A stretch of 27,420 nt of DNA from Promethearchaeota archaeon. Lineage in GTDB: Archaea > Asgardarchaeota > Lokiarchaeia > Sigyniarchaeales > SOKP01. The notes under the pieces are model-generated. The model had not been told where the DNA came from. It saw only the letters and a list, made by a program, of their open reading frames with translations, and did no database searches. The stretch is from NCBI GenBank assembly GCA_048938005.1, contig JBHLMQ010000042.1, forward strand, positions 1-27,420, given 5' to 3'. Position 1 is the stretch's first letter. Each line of letters opens with the position of its first letter. The position numbers were made by a program, and so were the translations under genes. This document shows positions 8,449-18,753 of this stretch, piece by piece.

Positions 8449-9282
8449 TTAATACTCAAATTCCTTCTTTTTTTTTTCAAGAAACCTTTTTCTGGTCAAT
8501 AGATCCATTTCAGCATTTAACCAACAAAGTTCATCATATGTACAGCTTGAATTGAATACTTCCTCTGCCTTCCTCTTAATATCTTCAATAGAAGGCATAT
8601 CAAAATTCATCTTCTGAATTTTTTCTCCAAGGAGCCAGCATAACTGGTCGTATGTATATCCATCTAGTGAAAGGAAATAAGCTGCTTCCCTTATTTGTGT
8701 ATTAAAATCTACTTCTACCGGTTCTTCTCTTACTTCTTTTATAATAGCAACCTTTTCGTCCTCTTTTTTTTTTACTTGAACTGGAGGTTGTTCAAACCTA
8801 ATGAACTTAACAGTAGTAGAAGGTTCTTGTACTTTTTGCGGTTCAACCCTCCGATGATCTTTAATTTGCTTGAACCATCTTAGTAATCTCTCTTCAACAC
8901 TAATTTCTCTCTCTTTTGGAGTTCCATTAAGACCAATAGATTTGATAGTTTCGGGGGGTACTTCAAATACAAATTCTGGTCTTCGCTCAACTGTCTTGCC
9001 TGGTATTAATCCCTTTTCTAAATTGTGCATCATAGCTAAAAAGGAACCATATTCTCGTTTTTGTTTCATTATGAGAATTTTTGCTGATCCGCCACGTTCT
9101 TTATCTATTTTCCTTGCAATGTCCGCAGTAATATCTTTTTTTGCTTGAGATACTTTTAATCCTACCCAAATATAAATAGTGTTTTTTTGTTTATCATCAA
9201 CAAGAAAAACCTCGTTTTCTTCGAAAGATAATTTATCTAACTTAATTAATTCTGCCTTATCATTAATATTAAATAATCGCAT
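8449..9282 (-). CDS. Gelsolin-domain protein with a C-terminal tandem helical repeat (Asgard gelsolin-like)
   Basis: SFEENEVFLVDD...TIYIWVG...AKKDITADIARKID...KREYGSFL matches a single gelsolin fold. The C-terminus has two TYD(Q/E)LCWL repeats. Confidence 0.7.
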   Translation of the reverse strand: MRLFNINDKAELIKLDKLSFEENEVFLVDDKQKNTIYIWVGLKVSQAKKDITADIARKIDKERGGSAKILIMKQKREYGSFLAMMHNLEKGLIPGKTVERRPEFVFEVPPETIKSIGLNGTPKEREISVEERLLRWFKQIKDHRRVEPQKVQEPSTTVKFIRFEQPPVQVKKKEDEKVAIIKEVREEPVEVDFNTQIREAAYFLSLDGYTYDQLCWLLGEKIQKMNFDMPSIEDIKRKAEEVFNSSCTYDELCWLNAEMDLLTRKRFLEKKKKEFEY

Positions 9283-9453
9283 AACATTCTCTTAAAAGAA
9301 AACTCTAATAATATAAGAATAAATAATTTACAAGTTTAAAAATCTTTTTTACTTAGATAAGTTTTTAATTTCCTTAAGTTTTTTAATAAAAACCCTATTA
9401 TTTTGTTAAAGAATATTTACAATTTTTTAACACATACAAAAATTTTTTAAGAT

Positions 9454-9888
9454 ATGACTAAGGAACCTACTCTCATAGAATATGAAAATATCATCGCGGA
9501 ATTAATGAAAGAGAATAAGAGTCTAAAAGAAAGAATTATGCAATTAGAAGAGAAAATTAAATCAATTAAAAAACCACAATATACAATTCTAGAAAAAACT
9601 TCACCTAAAATTGAAGAAATCACATCTGAAACTCCTATATTAAAAACAGACATAGCTGTTTCCAAATTTTCTTTTTCTCAAGATAAAGTTTCACTCGAAA
9701 AGGGTAAAGGTCCAATTGTTCAAGGAATTTCAAGAAGAGAGTGCCCCATATGTGGAAATAGGAATAAAGCACAGATTCATGAAACGATAGATAGGACACA
9801 TATAATATCTGCGTATCCAAGGCTCTATGGTAAGAAATACAAATGTGGTTCGTGTGGAAGAGAATGGAAATTGCCAGTGGAAATATAA
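9454..9888 (+). CDS. Coiled-coil plus C-terminal zinc-ribbon protein
   Basis: Heptad-like IAELMKENKSLKERIMQLEEKIK, followed by CPICG...KCGSCGREW. Confidence 0.75.
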   Translation: MTKEPTLIEYENIIAELMKENKSLKERIMQLEEKIKSIKKPQYTILEKTSPKIEEITSETPILKTDIAVSKFSFSQDKVSLEKGKGPIVQGISRRECPICGNRNKAQIHETIDRTHIISAYPRLYGKKYKCGSCGREWKLPVEI

Positions 9889-10044
9889 ACTAAGATTTAA
9901 TAACTTCTAAGTGATATAAATTTCAATCTCTACTAGAAGAAATAATTAAAAATTCCCTCTTCTAAGATGTTCGGGTTTAGTTTTAAATTTGAAACTTCTT
10001 TATTAATGTTAAAAAACAATTATACTAAAGAAAATGAGAATTAG

Positions 10045-10371
10045 ATGAGTGATAAAAATTTTAAAAAAGAAATTTTAAATTTAGAATCAATGATTGCCTT
10101 TCAAGAAGGATCTGTTATTAGTAGAGCTTTAATTAATAAAGATGTTGGTACAGTTACTTTATTTTCTTTCGATAAAGGAGAAGGTTTAAGTGAACATACT
10201 GCTCCATTTGACGCACTTGTATACATTTTTAATGGAAAAGCTGAAATAATAATTTCAAGTGAAACATTTATTTTAGAGCAGGGGCAGATGATTATCATGC
10301 CTGCCAATGAGCCACATGCATTAAAAGCCATAGAAAAGTTTAAAATGATGCTGATAATGATAAAATCTTGA
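10045..10371 (+). CDS. Cupin domain protein
   Basis: FSFDKGEGLSEHTAPFDA...MPANEPHALKA cupin motifs. Confidence 0.9.
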   Translation: MSDKNFKKEILNLESMIAFQEGSVISRALINKDVGTVTLFSFDKGEGLSEHTAPFDALVYIFNGKAEIIISSETFILEQGQMIIMPANEPHALKAIEKFKMMLIMIKS

Positions 10372-10415
10372 AAAAATTAAGAAACCTATAAATTTTTTCT
10401 TATTATTTTAATATT

Positions 10416-10574
10416 ATGAATGATAAAGATATCTCTGATGATGAATTACAGGAAGAATTAGATAAAGCACTTAAAGCTAGCGAAAAAAAAAGAGATGTAT
10501 TCAGCATTATAAGAAAAGAGAAGGAATCTTTAGATTTAAAAGAAAAAAGAATTAAAGATAAATTTAAGTATTAA
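10416..10574 (+). CDS. Small charged helical hypothetical protein (52 aa); not in the ORF track
   Basis: MNDKDISDDELQEELDKALKASEKKRDVFSIIRKEKESLDLKEKRIKDKFKY*. Purine-rich, coding-like composition that fills the intergenic gap. Confidence 0.55.
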   Translation: MNDKDISDDELQEELDKALKASEKKRDVFSIIRKEKESLDLKEKRIKDKFKY

Positions 10575-10613
10575 ACAATTTAAATAATTTAAGATGCGAT
10601 AATCTTAAGGTGT

Positions 10614-11855
10614 TTACATGTCAGTTTGAATCTCTCCTTTTTCTAAAATGACACGTTTTGCTATATTATATAATAAAGCCATTACTATAATGAAAATCAC
10701 CGATGCCACTAAAATAGCAATATAAACTCCTATAATACTAAAAGCATTTGAGAATGGCGCTAGTGTTATAGGGACTAAAGCGATACCGGTAAAATAACCT
10801 GCAGTCAATAATCCTGCTAAAACACCACGTCTTTCAGGTGATAACACTTGGCTATAATAAGTAATTGTAGTAAAAAGTATTCCTCCTGAAAATCCTGCCA
10901 GAATCCAACCTAATGCTAAAAATATGAATCTTTCTGGATTATTAATATCCCCAATAACTAGTAAGATTGCTAAGGAGCAAAATAAAATCAACGAACCTGT
11001 AAATAATGGAATACCGACACCTTTTCTTTTTATTAAATTTCCTGTTATTACTCCGGTTATTGCTGCTCCAACACCAGCTAAACCAAGAACTATCCCTATT
11101 AATGTCTCATTTATGACATGAGATTGTGCCAGTGTTTTTGAAGTCCAGATGTTTATTGCTAAGTATGTATGTGCGATTAAAAAGGCAGATAATATCATCA
11201 GAATGATCGTAAATCGACGCGATTCTTTTGAAATTTGAGATAATATGATACGAATTCCAGACTCCTCAGGGATTTTTTGAGGAGGTCTTTTAGCCGTAAT
11301 GAAATAAATCAAACAAAAGCAAGTAATTATAATGAATAACACATAGATTGACTGCCAACCAATTAAAATCATCTGAGAAGCAATTAAGGGACCAATACCG
11401 ACTCCTAAATTTGCGCTAGCACCTAGGTATCCCAATTTCTTAGGGATATTCGGCGGAGATGTAATATCAGTTATTAAAGCTATAAGAACTGGATTAATAA
11501 AACCAAACCCTATCCCTCCTATTACATTAGCAATTATATACATCTCCAGACTAAATGACAATACCGCTATTAACATTGCAATCGCAAATAAAATTAAACC
11601 AAAAATTAATACTGGGATTCTACCTTTAATATCTGAGATTGCACCAGAAAAAAGTTGTGTTATAGCAAATGGAAACATAAATGCTGGAATCGCATTTAAT
11701 ATATTATCTGGTGAAACTTGAAAATCGGAAGAAAGAACACGAAATAAAACATTGATTATGTTTCCAGTTAAGGGACCTAATAGAAAAAGTAAAAATATTA
11801 CAAACTCAAGCGATTTTGAATGACTAGTATGTTGTTCTTGCTTATTTTTAGTCAT
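10614..11855 (-). CDS. MFS transporter (drug/metabolite efflux-like)
   Basis: About 12 TM segments, motif A GAISDIKGRIPV, and PERRG. Confidence 0.9.
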   Translation of the reverse strand: MTKNKQEQHTSHSKSLEFVIFLLFLLGPLTGNIINVLFRVLSSDFQVSPDNILNAIPAFMFPFAITQLFSGAISDIKGRIPVLIFGLILFAIAMLIAVLSFSLEMYIIANVIGGIGFGFINPVLIALITDITSPPNIPKKLGYLGASANLGVGIGPLIASQMILIGWQSIYVLFIIITCFCLIYFITAKRPPQKIPEESGIRIILSQISKESRRFTIILMILSAFLIAHTYLAINIWTSKTLAQSHVINETLIGIVLGLAGVGAAITGVITGNLIKRKGVGIPLFTGSLILFCSLAILLVIGDINNPERFIFLALGWILAGFSGGILFTTITYYSQVLSPERRGVLAGLLTAGYFTGIALVPITLAPFSNAFSIIGVYIAILVASVIFIIVMALLYNIAKRVILEKGEIQTDM

Positions 11856-11960
11856 GTTTTCTACTATTAATAATTCTTATTTAAAGTATTGTCTTTTAAT
11901 TTAAAGGAAGCTTATTAGATATCATTAATCGGCAAATAAAGAGATATTAAGTAAACTTCT

Positions 11961-12443
11961 ATGGATTTAAATATGATAGAAATTAAAGAATCATTATCTG
12001 AAGAATTAATTAGGCAAACTCGAGAACTCTTTATAGAATATGCTAATTATTTAGGTTTTGATTTGAGCTTTCAAGATTTTGATGAAGAACTAAAAACCTT
12101 ACCAGGGAATTATGCGCCGCCGGAGGGTAGTATATTATTAGGATTTTATAAAGGTAAATTGGCAGGATGTGTTGGTGTAAGAAAATTCAGAGAGGAGATA
12201 TGTGAAATGAAGAGACTTTATGTTCGTCCGGAATTTCGCAGAAAAAATATTGGTAAAATTCTTTCAAAAGCAATAATAACCAAGGCATGTGAAATGGGAT
12301 ATAAATTCATGCGTTTGGATACTCTTCCTTTTATGAAAGAGGCAATATCGCTTTATCTATCTTTAGGATTTAAAGAAATAAAACCATATCGTTATAATCC
12401 CTTTGAAGATGCTAAATTCTTCGAGTTAAAGTTGATTCTATAA
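11961..12443 (+). CDS. GNAT family N-acetyltransferase
   Basis: CEMKRLYVRPEFRRKNIG acetyl-CoA motif and LDTL...AISLYLSLGF. Confidence 0.92.
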   Translation: MDLNMIEIKESLSEELIRQTRELFIEYANYLGFDLSFQDFDEELKTLPGNYAPPEGSILLGFYKGKLAGCVGVRKFREEICEMKRLYVRPEFRRKNIGKILSKAIITKACEMGYKFMRLDTLPFMKEAISLYLSLGFKEIKPYRYNPFEDAKFFELKLIL

Positions 12444-12550
12444 ATTATACAAACTTGTATTAACAAGTTCGAAAGATTTATATAAAATACTATCAATTTT
12501 ATTACGACTTTAATTTTGAAATTAAAGTTAATATTAATAAAGGTGAAATC

Positions 12551-15493
12551 ATGTATCTAAAAAAAATTAGAATATACGCAATAACAGTTCTATTTATCTT
12601 AGGATTTTGTGCCTTTATAACTCCGGCTTTTTCTTGGGCTGGTGGAAAATGTTGGTATAAATGTGGGAAGCCAAAGGTACCATCCGAAGATGAGATGTTC
12701 GGTTGGATTGAAGACTTATGGGAAATAGGTGATCAGGGTAAGTATGGATATAGAATGCCAGGAACAGCGGCAGATCATGAAGGTGCAGAATATGTCTTAG
12801 AGAAATTTGAGGAGTTTGGATTAGAAAATACATTTATGGAACCTGTATCTATACCTGTGAACTTTCCTGATGTATGGAGTTTAACAATACACGTAGGTGG
12901 AGTAGATACATCACTACCTTGTGGTTTTGTCCGTTATGCGAAATTCACACCTCCAGGAGGAATTAAAGAGGAAATGGTTTATGTTTATACGGGATCTGAG
13001 ACAGATTTCGAAGAAGCAAATAATACTGTAGGAGTTGCAGACAAAATAGTTGTTGTAGATTTGATTGCGCCAGGTATTCCAATGGCGGTGCTTGACTTTT
13101 TTGACTTATATACTTACGATCCAGATAACAACTTGCCGGGAGATAAGATTACTGAAAATTGGCCCGTAGCCAATATCAACAGTGCTTATGATTTAGCTGC
13201 TGAATACGGTGCTGCTGGATTCGTTGGCATCCTTACATTTACAGCTGATGATATTCATCAATACCTGCATGCATACGTCGATGGTTCTATTCCAGGAGTT
13301 TATATAAGCCCAAATGATGGTACTGAGTTAAGGAATTTATTATTGAGTGGAACTCCAGTTGAAGCGACAATGGTTTTAACCGGATATGAAGGAATAGGAG
13401 AAACTTACAACGTATATGGTTTTCTACCAGGGAAATCAGATGAGATAATTGTAGTTGTTTCTCACCATGATGGATGGGCAACCAATGAAGGTTCAGGAAT
13501 GTCAGTAGTCATGGCTTTGGCAAAATATTTCGCTAAGATTCCTAAATGCAATAGGGAAAGAACATTGATGTTCCTTGCATTGTCAAGTCATTTTGGAATA
13601 AGACCTGGTTTATTAGATTTATGTCCGCAAGTTGCTGCTTTGCAAGATAAAATTGTTGCTGATGTTAGCGTTGAGATGATTTCAAAACAATATAAGATTA
13701 TTGGTGGAGAATTTGTCGAAACTGGTTTAATTTCTCCAAGAGCACTATTTGTTTCAGGACTTCCAGGGTCGGGAAATCCGTACCTATTAGATTTTGCTAT
13801 AGATGCGGTTATTGAAAATAATTTAGACCGTACATCAATTCAACCTGCTTCTGGAGGACTTTTCCCTCACGCCCCTGGAGAAGGCGGATTATTTGATGCT
13901 ATAGGCATACCAACTGTGCACCTTATCGCTCATAACGCTCCTCAATTTACTCATATGGATACTCCAGAGACAGTCCAAAAAGATGCTTTAGTGCCAACAG
14001 TAAAAGCTTTAAGAGATATCATCAACAGAATTGACAAAACCTCAGCACCCTTATTGAAATGGGATATGACGGTCGACAGTCGGAGTGTGAAAGCATATCC
14101 TGAATTAAGAGAATATATTTGGGAGTTAGAACGCCCACCATTTGGTCCATTTGATAGAATAGGTCTACATAGATTAGTGAAGACAGGTGTTGAACCAGAA
14201 GGAGTTGTATTCCTCTTACCAGGAACTTGGAGTAATGGTGAACAATTAACTTCAAATCCGCCTGAAGACATGTGGATCCACTATGAAAATCATAGCTTTG
14301 CTTTCTATCTTGCAAATAGAAATTTTGACGTCTATGCAATAGATTATAGAACCCACTTTGTAAATCAATACTTGAATCCCCCTGATCTTGCCTTTATGGC
14401 AGACTGGGGCTGGGATGAGTGGATTAGCGATATAAAGGAAGCAGTAGAATTAGCAAAAGTGGTATCTGGAGATGATAGAGTATATATAGCCGGTGATAGT
14501 TTCGGCGGAAGTGCGGCTATGAATTATGCATCAATGTATTGGAAGGAAGATCTCAAAGGTATACTCCTACGGGATGGTGGAACCGGAGCTAAATATCCTT
14601 GGCTTGTAACTAATACGTCTAATTTACCTTTAATGATTGCTGGAATGAAAGCAACAGGTCAGTGGGCTAGTGAAGTAGGTGGGAGCCCCGGGTCGATATT
14701 TTTAATGAAATATGCTGATGAAAATCCTACAGCTCCAGCTGTATTTCCACCAGGACATCCATATGAAGGTATACCTCTCCCACCAGGAATAAATAACCAT
14801 ACTGGATTACCATTCGCTAATATCGCTGAATGGGCTGCGTGGTCAATACATTATGCTTGGGGTCCCGGCGTGGTTAGTAATATCTATGGTGGTTATGGTG
14901 ATCCTGCCGTTATGATACACATTGATGCTACGTTTGATAGGTATTGGCCATCAAGACTAAATCTTGAGAGTTATGCAATTAGAGATTGGGATAACTGTCC
15001 ATATGTATCCTTTGATTTTGACGATTACTATTATGAGATTGATGTTCCACTTCTCGCTTTTACAAGCGAGTTAATGGGACTAGCTTATTGGGGTCCATTT
15101 ATGCACGGTATTGCTAATCCAGACTTTACAGGAACATATCTTTGGGGATATGGTCACTTGGATGTCTATTCTGGTGAATATTCTGCAGTACAAGTCAGTC
15201 AACCTACTTATGAGTGGCTAATGAGCCATAGAATGCTTGTTGGATCTGGTAGAATTTGGTCCAATGGAGATTGGATCTGGGGAGAAGCAGCAATCTATAT
15301 TAATGCATTAACAATTGAACTAAGAATTGATGAAATACGTGTATCATGGGATATAATTAGTCACCAAGTTGGATGGAAGCACGAGATTTATAGAGGAAAG
15401 AATAATTTCGGTAAGATCACGGTCATTATTACTAAAAAATGGTTGTCAGTTGCTTCTGGTCATAAAGTTTTCTTTATCGGGTGTAAAGTATAA
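12551..15493 (+). CDS. Secreted PA-domain/M28-like peptidase fused to an alpha/beta hydrolase
   Basis: Signal peptide, RMPGT, PA domain (DKIVVVD...GAAGF), SHHDG, NEGSG and HMDTP. The second half has LPGTW, AIDYR, the GDSFGG nucleophile elbow and GYGHLD. Confidence 0.75.
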   Translation: MYLKKIRIYAITVLFILGFCAFITPAFSWAGGKCWYKCGKPKVPSEDEMFGWIEDLWEIGDQGKYGYRMPGTAADHEGAEYVLEKFEEFGLENTFMEPVSIPVNFPDVWSLTIHVGGVDTSLPCGFVRYAKFTPPGGIKEEMVYVYTGSETDFEEANNTVGVADKIVVVDLIAPGIPMAVLDFFDLYTYDPDNNLPGDKITENWPVANINSAYDLAAEYGAAGFVGILTFTADDIHQYLHAYVDGSIPGVYISPNDGTELRNLLLSGTPVEATMVLTGYEGIGETYNVYGFLPGKSDEIIVVVSHHDGWATNEGSGMSVVMALAKYFAKIPKCNRERTLMFLALSSHFGIRPGLLDLCPQVAALQDKIVADVSVEMISKQYKIIGGEFVETGLISPRALFVSGLPGSGNPYLLDFAIDAVIENNLDRTSIQPASGGLFPHAPGEGGLFDAIGIPTVHLIAHNAPQFTHMDTPETVQKDALVPTVKALRDIINRIDKTSAPLLKWDMTVDSRSVKAYPELREYIWELERPPFGPFDRIGLHRLVKTGVEPEGVVFLLPGTWSNGEQLTSNPPEDMWIHYENHSFAFYLANRNFDVYAIDYRTHFVNQYLNPPDLAFMADWGWDEWISDIKEAVELAKVVSGDDRVYIAGDSFGGSAAMNYASMYWKEDLKGILLRDGGTGAKYPWLVTNTSNLPLMIAGMKATGQWASEVGGSPGSIFLMKYADENPTAPAVFPPGHPYEGIPLPPGINNHTGLPFANIAEWAAWSIHYAWGPGVVSNIYGGYGDPAVMIHIDATFDRYWPSRLNLESYAIRDWDNCPYVSFDFDDYYYEIDVPLLAFTSELMGLAYWGPFMHGIANPDFTGTYLWGYGHLDVYSGEYSAVQVSQPTYEWLMSHRMLVGSGRIWSNGDWIWGEAAIYINALTIELRIDEIRVSWDIISHQVGWKHEIYRGKNNFGKITVIITKKWLSVASGHKVFFIGCKV

Positions 15494-15775
15494 AAAAGCT
15501 TTTTAAAAATTGTTAAATCCTTTTTTTTTTATTATTATTGAATTTTTTTGATACTTTATGTGAGAATTCAATTGTTATATTTTTTAAAGGTAAAATTATT
15601 TTCATTCTGGGAAGAGCTATAAATGAACTCATTAATTTAATTGATACAATACAAAAAACATACATAGGTAAAATTCTAGAAAAATTTAAAAAAAAGTAAT
15701 TAATTAAAAAGGATCTCTATAGTAATAAGTTAGAGAAAGAAAATAATTTTTAACCAACAAAAGATCACCAGAAAG

Positions 15776-17296
15776 ATGACTACTATTCAAATTTTTGATG
15801 GTAATAACACAATTGGAGGAAATAAAATATACATTGAAGAAAATGGAGAAGAATTTTTTCTTGATTTTGGAATGAATTTCAAAAAATATAGTGAATTTTA
15901 CCAAGAATATATTTCTCCACGAGGTATTCGAGGGATTTATGATCTCTTTCAGCTGAATTTGATTCCTAAACTTAACATATACCGCAAAGATATTATTCCC
16001 TCAGACTTTGATGTTTCCACATTTCCGACTTTAGATATAAAAGCGGTTTTATTAACTCATGCTCATATGGATCATTTTGGAAATATTGGATTACTAAATC
16101 CAGAATACCCTATCGTAACATCTCCCTCCACTTTAGCTTTACTTAAAGGGATTTTGGATACTTCAAGTGTTAAAATTGGCACCGATGTTGCTTACTTCTC
16201 AATTAAAAAACCTAAAGAAGATGGAACAGTTTTAGAATCAGACAAATACAATCTTATTGGCCGGGATTTCATTTGTACTGAAAGTTATCCGGATCCATTG
16301 AGCGATTTCATGGAAATAAGTGCTAAGAGTAGAAAAACCCTCAAAGGAGGTAATCTCACTCTTTTAAACGAGTTTTCTTCAAATTTCGAGATTAAAGCAT
16401 TTGAGGTTGATCATTCCATTTATGGAGCGACTGCTTACATTCTTTCTGGTAATAATACTATTGCGTACACGGGTGATTTTCGGCTACATGGTAAAAAAGG
16501 AGAGAAAAGTGAGAAATTTATTAACGAGGCAAAAAACGCATCCATTTTAATAATCGAGGGCACTAGGGCTGCTAGAGAAGATATTCATGAATCTGAAGAT
16601 ATTGTCTATGAAAATTGTGTAAAAACAGCTGAAGATTCTAAAGGACTTGTTGTAGCAGATTTTTCAGCAAGAAACTTTGAAAGATTAGAAGCATTTAAAA
16701 AAATTGCTAAAGAAGTTGGTAGAACTCTCGTAATTACTGCAAAAGATGCATACTTACTAAATGCACTTAAAAAAGCTGATGGAATAGATAGAATAAAAGA
16801 TACACTCATATATAAAGAATTAAAAACTTCAACACGATATTGGGAAGATAAAATCCTTGCTGAGGATATTGAAATAAATTATTTAGATCCTTCCTCTATA
16901 TCAAAAGATCCTAATAGCTACTTGTTATGTTTTTCTCTTTTTGATATAAAAAATTTATTAGATATTAAATTGAAAGGAGGAACGTACATTTATTCCTCAA
17001 GCGAAGCTTTTGAGGAAGAATCTGAATTTGATTATTTAAGATTGAATAATTGGCTTAAGTTTTTTGAATTTAAGATTATAGGATTCAACATTATTGAGGA
17101 AGATGCTCGTATTAAACCACAATTTATAAAAGGATATCATGCTTCTGGGCATGTTTCAAAATCCGAAATAATTAATGTTATTGATATAATAGATCCTGAT
17201 ATAGTAATTCCTGTACACACTGATCATCCTGAGTGGTTTAGTGCAAATTTTGATAATGCTGTTCTCTTAAAAGATTATGAAATATATACAGTTTAA
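15776..17296 (+). CDS. MBL-fold beta-CASP metallo-hydrolase, RNase J-like
   Basis: IGGNKI, LDFG, THAHMDH, VDHS, YTGDFRLHG, IEGT, HASGH and PVHT motifs. Confidence 0.88.
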   Translation: MTTIQIFDGNNTIGGNKIYIEENGEEFFLDFGMNFKKYSEFYQEYISPRGIRGIYDLFQLNLIPKLNIYRKDIIPSDFDVSTFPTLDIKAVLLTHAHMDHFGNIGLLNPEYPIVTSPSTLALLKGILDTSSVKIGTDVAYFSIKKPKEDGTVLESDKYNLIGRDFICTESYPDPLSDFMEISAKSRKTLKGGNLTLLNEFSSNFEIKAFEVDHSIYGATAYILSGNNTIAYTGDFRLHGKKGEKSEKFINEAKNASILIIEGTRAAREDIHESEDIVYENCVKTAEDSKGLVVADFSARNFERLEAFKKIAKEVGRTLVITAKDAYLLNALKKADGIDRIKDTLIYKELKTSTRYWEDKILAEDIEINYLDPSSISKDPNSYLLCFSLFDIKNLLDIKLKGGTYIYSSSEAFEEESEFDYLRLNNWLKFFEFKIIGFNIIEEDARIKPQFIKGYHASGHVSKSEIINVIDIIDPDIVIPVHTDHPEWFSANFDNAVLLKDYEIYTV

Positions 17297-17371
17297 TAGA
17301 AAGTTTAAATATAAAAAATTTTAATTTAAAATAATTGAATTAATAAATCAAAGAATTATAAAAGAGATGTA

Positions 17372-17974
17372 ATGATGAAAAATAAAATTAAAATTGGAGC
17401 TTATTTATTTCCTATGCCTGTTGGACTTATTGGGGCAAATGTAAACGGAAAACCAAATTTTGAGCCACTTGCATATGTCGGTATTGTAGAATCTAATCCC
17501 CCATTGATTTCTATATCCTCGTATGAAACTCATTATACAAATATTGGTATAAAAGAAAATGGAACTTACAGTGTAAATACACCTTCAGAGGGGATGATTG
17601 AAGTTACCGATTACTGCGGATTACATTCAGGGAAAGAAATAGATAAATCAGAAATCTTCGATGTTTTTTATGGAGAGTTAAAAACGGCACCAATGATAAC
17701 ACATGCACCTTTAAATCTTGAATGCGAGGTTGTAAAAACTATTGATACTAAAGATATCACTGGAGCAGAAAAAAGCCACGAAATTTTCATTGGACGAATT
17801 GTACAAGCTTACGCTGATGAATATTATTTAATAGATGACGAAACTGATGATTATTACTTAAAGCCTGATATAAGAAAATTAAATCCTCTAATATATTCAA
17901 CTAGTAAATATTGGAAACTATCTGAAAGTATTGGTGAAGCTTTTAGTATAGGACATAATTACAAAAAAGATTAA
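17372..17974 (+). CDS. Flavin reductase family protein (flavoredoxin-like)
   Basis: FPMPVGLIG, HYTNIGIKENGTYSVN, DYCG..SG..IDK, APMI, LECEV and HEIFIGRIV. Confidence 0.88.
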   Translation: MMKNKIKIGAYLFPMPVGLIGANVNGKPNFEPLAYVGIVESNPPLISISSYETHYTNIGIKENGTYSVNTPSEGMIEVTDYCGLHSGKEIDKSEIFDVFYGELKTAPMITHAPLNLECEVVKTIDTKDITGAEKSHEIFIGRIVQAYADEYYLIDDETDDYYLKPDIRKLNPLIYSTSKYWKLSESIGEAFSIGHNYKKD

Positions 17975-18025
17975 CACTATTAAAGCTATTTTTGGTTTCT
18001 TAGCATATTCATAGTAATATTATGA

Positions 18026-18472
18026 TTAAAGCCATTCAATGTCCAAGGTTTGAGCCGATACAGTTAGCTCAGCAGCAGCTCTAGTATATTTTAATATTTT
18101 TGCCATGTCTCCTTCAAGTTTGGCTTTTCCTGATAGCATTGCTCGAATAGAATCTTCTTCACCCATTGTGATTTTTTTCCATGTTTCATAGTCTGTTGTA
18201 TAGATATATTCAACCTCATATCCTTCTCCACTCGGTTTTTCTCCGGGTTCTAAGAGTCTAACTTTATCTTCAGGTTCCAACTTTTTAGCTCCTGTACATT
18301 TACCGTGATAAAGTCCTATCCACATTCTCTGTTCATGGTCTAAGGGACCACTTGGTGTAGCCACCCATACAAAATCACCTTCCCAATCTGCGGCAGCATC
18401 TCTATAATTTTCGTTTTTATTTAATGCTTCGCGATATGCATCAGCAAACTCTTGAGTCCCATATTTCACCAT
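18026..18472 (-). CDS. SCP2 sterol/lipid-binding domain protein
   Basis: AAADWEGD...W..ITMGEED..RAMLSGKAKLEGDMAKIL is the SCP2 C-terminal signature. Confidence 0.8.
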   Translation of the reverse strand: MVKYGTQEFADAYREALNKNENYRDAAADWEGDFVWVATPSGPLDHEQRMWIGLYHGKCTGAKKLEPEDKVRLLEPGEKPSGEGYEVEYIYTTDYETWKKITMGEEDSIRAMLSGKAKLEGDMAKILKYTRAAAELTVSAQTLDIEWL

Positions 18473-18753
18473 TTTTCTAATTCTCCCTTTATTATTTGTG
18501 TTTTAAGACGAGATATTATAATTATATTTTCTCTTTATACCTTTTAAAAGCTTAGTTTTTATAAACTTAATTACCGACCTACTAATAAGAATCCAGATAA
18601 AGATATCTTCTAAAAAATAAAAAAAAGGGAATATGCAAGATGCAAAATAATCATAAAAAGAAGTTCATAAACTTATTTTCATATATTTCATATCTTCCAA
18701 AATTCCTTCTATTTAAATCATTTACTTCTTTTTTTAATTAATAAACTATTTTA

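Noticed and set aside
15494-15535. Poly-A/poly-T tracts at gene ends (also about 4235-4258, 21040-21067 and 23660-23690) as terminators
   Set aside because: Plausible archaeal oligo-U terminators, but too common in AT-rich DNA to call individually.
15538-15699. Possible ORF of about 53 aa (TTG start; ...GKIIFILGRAINELINLIDTIQKTYIGKILEKFKKK*)
   Set aside because: No ATG, no ribosome-binding site and no motif. It cannot be distinguished from a chance open frame.
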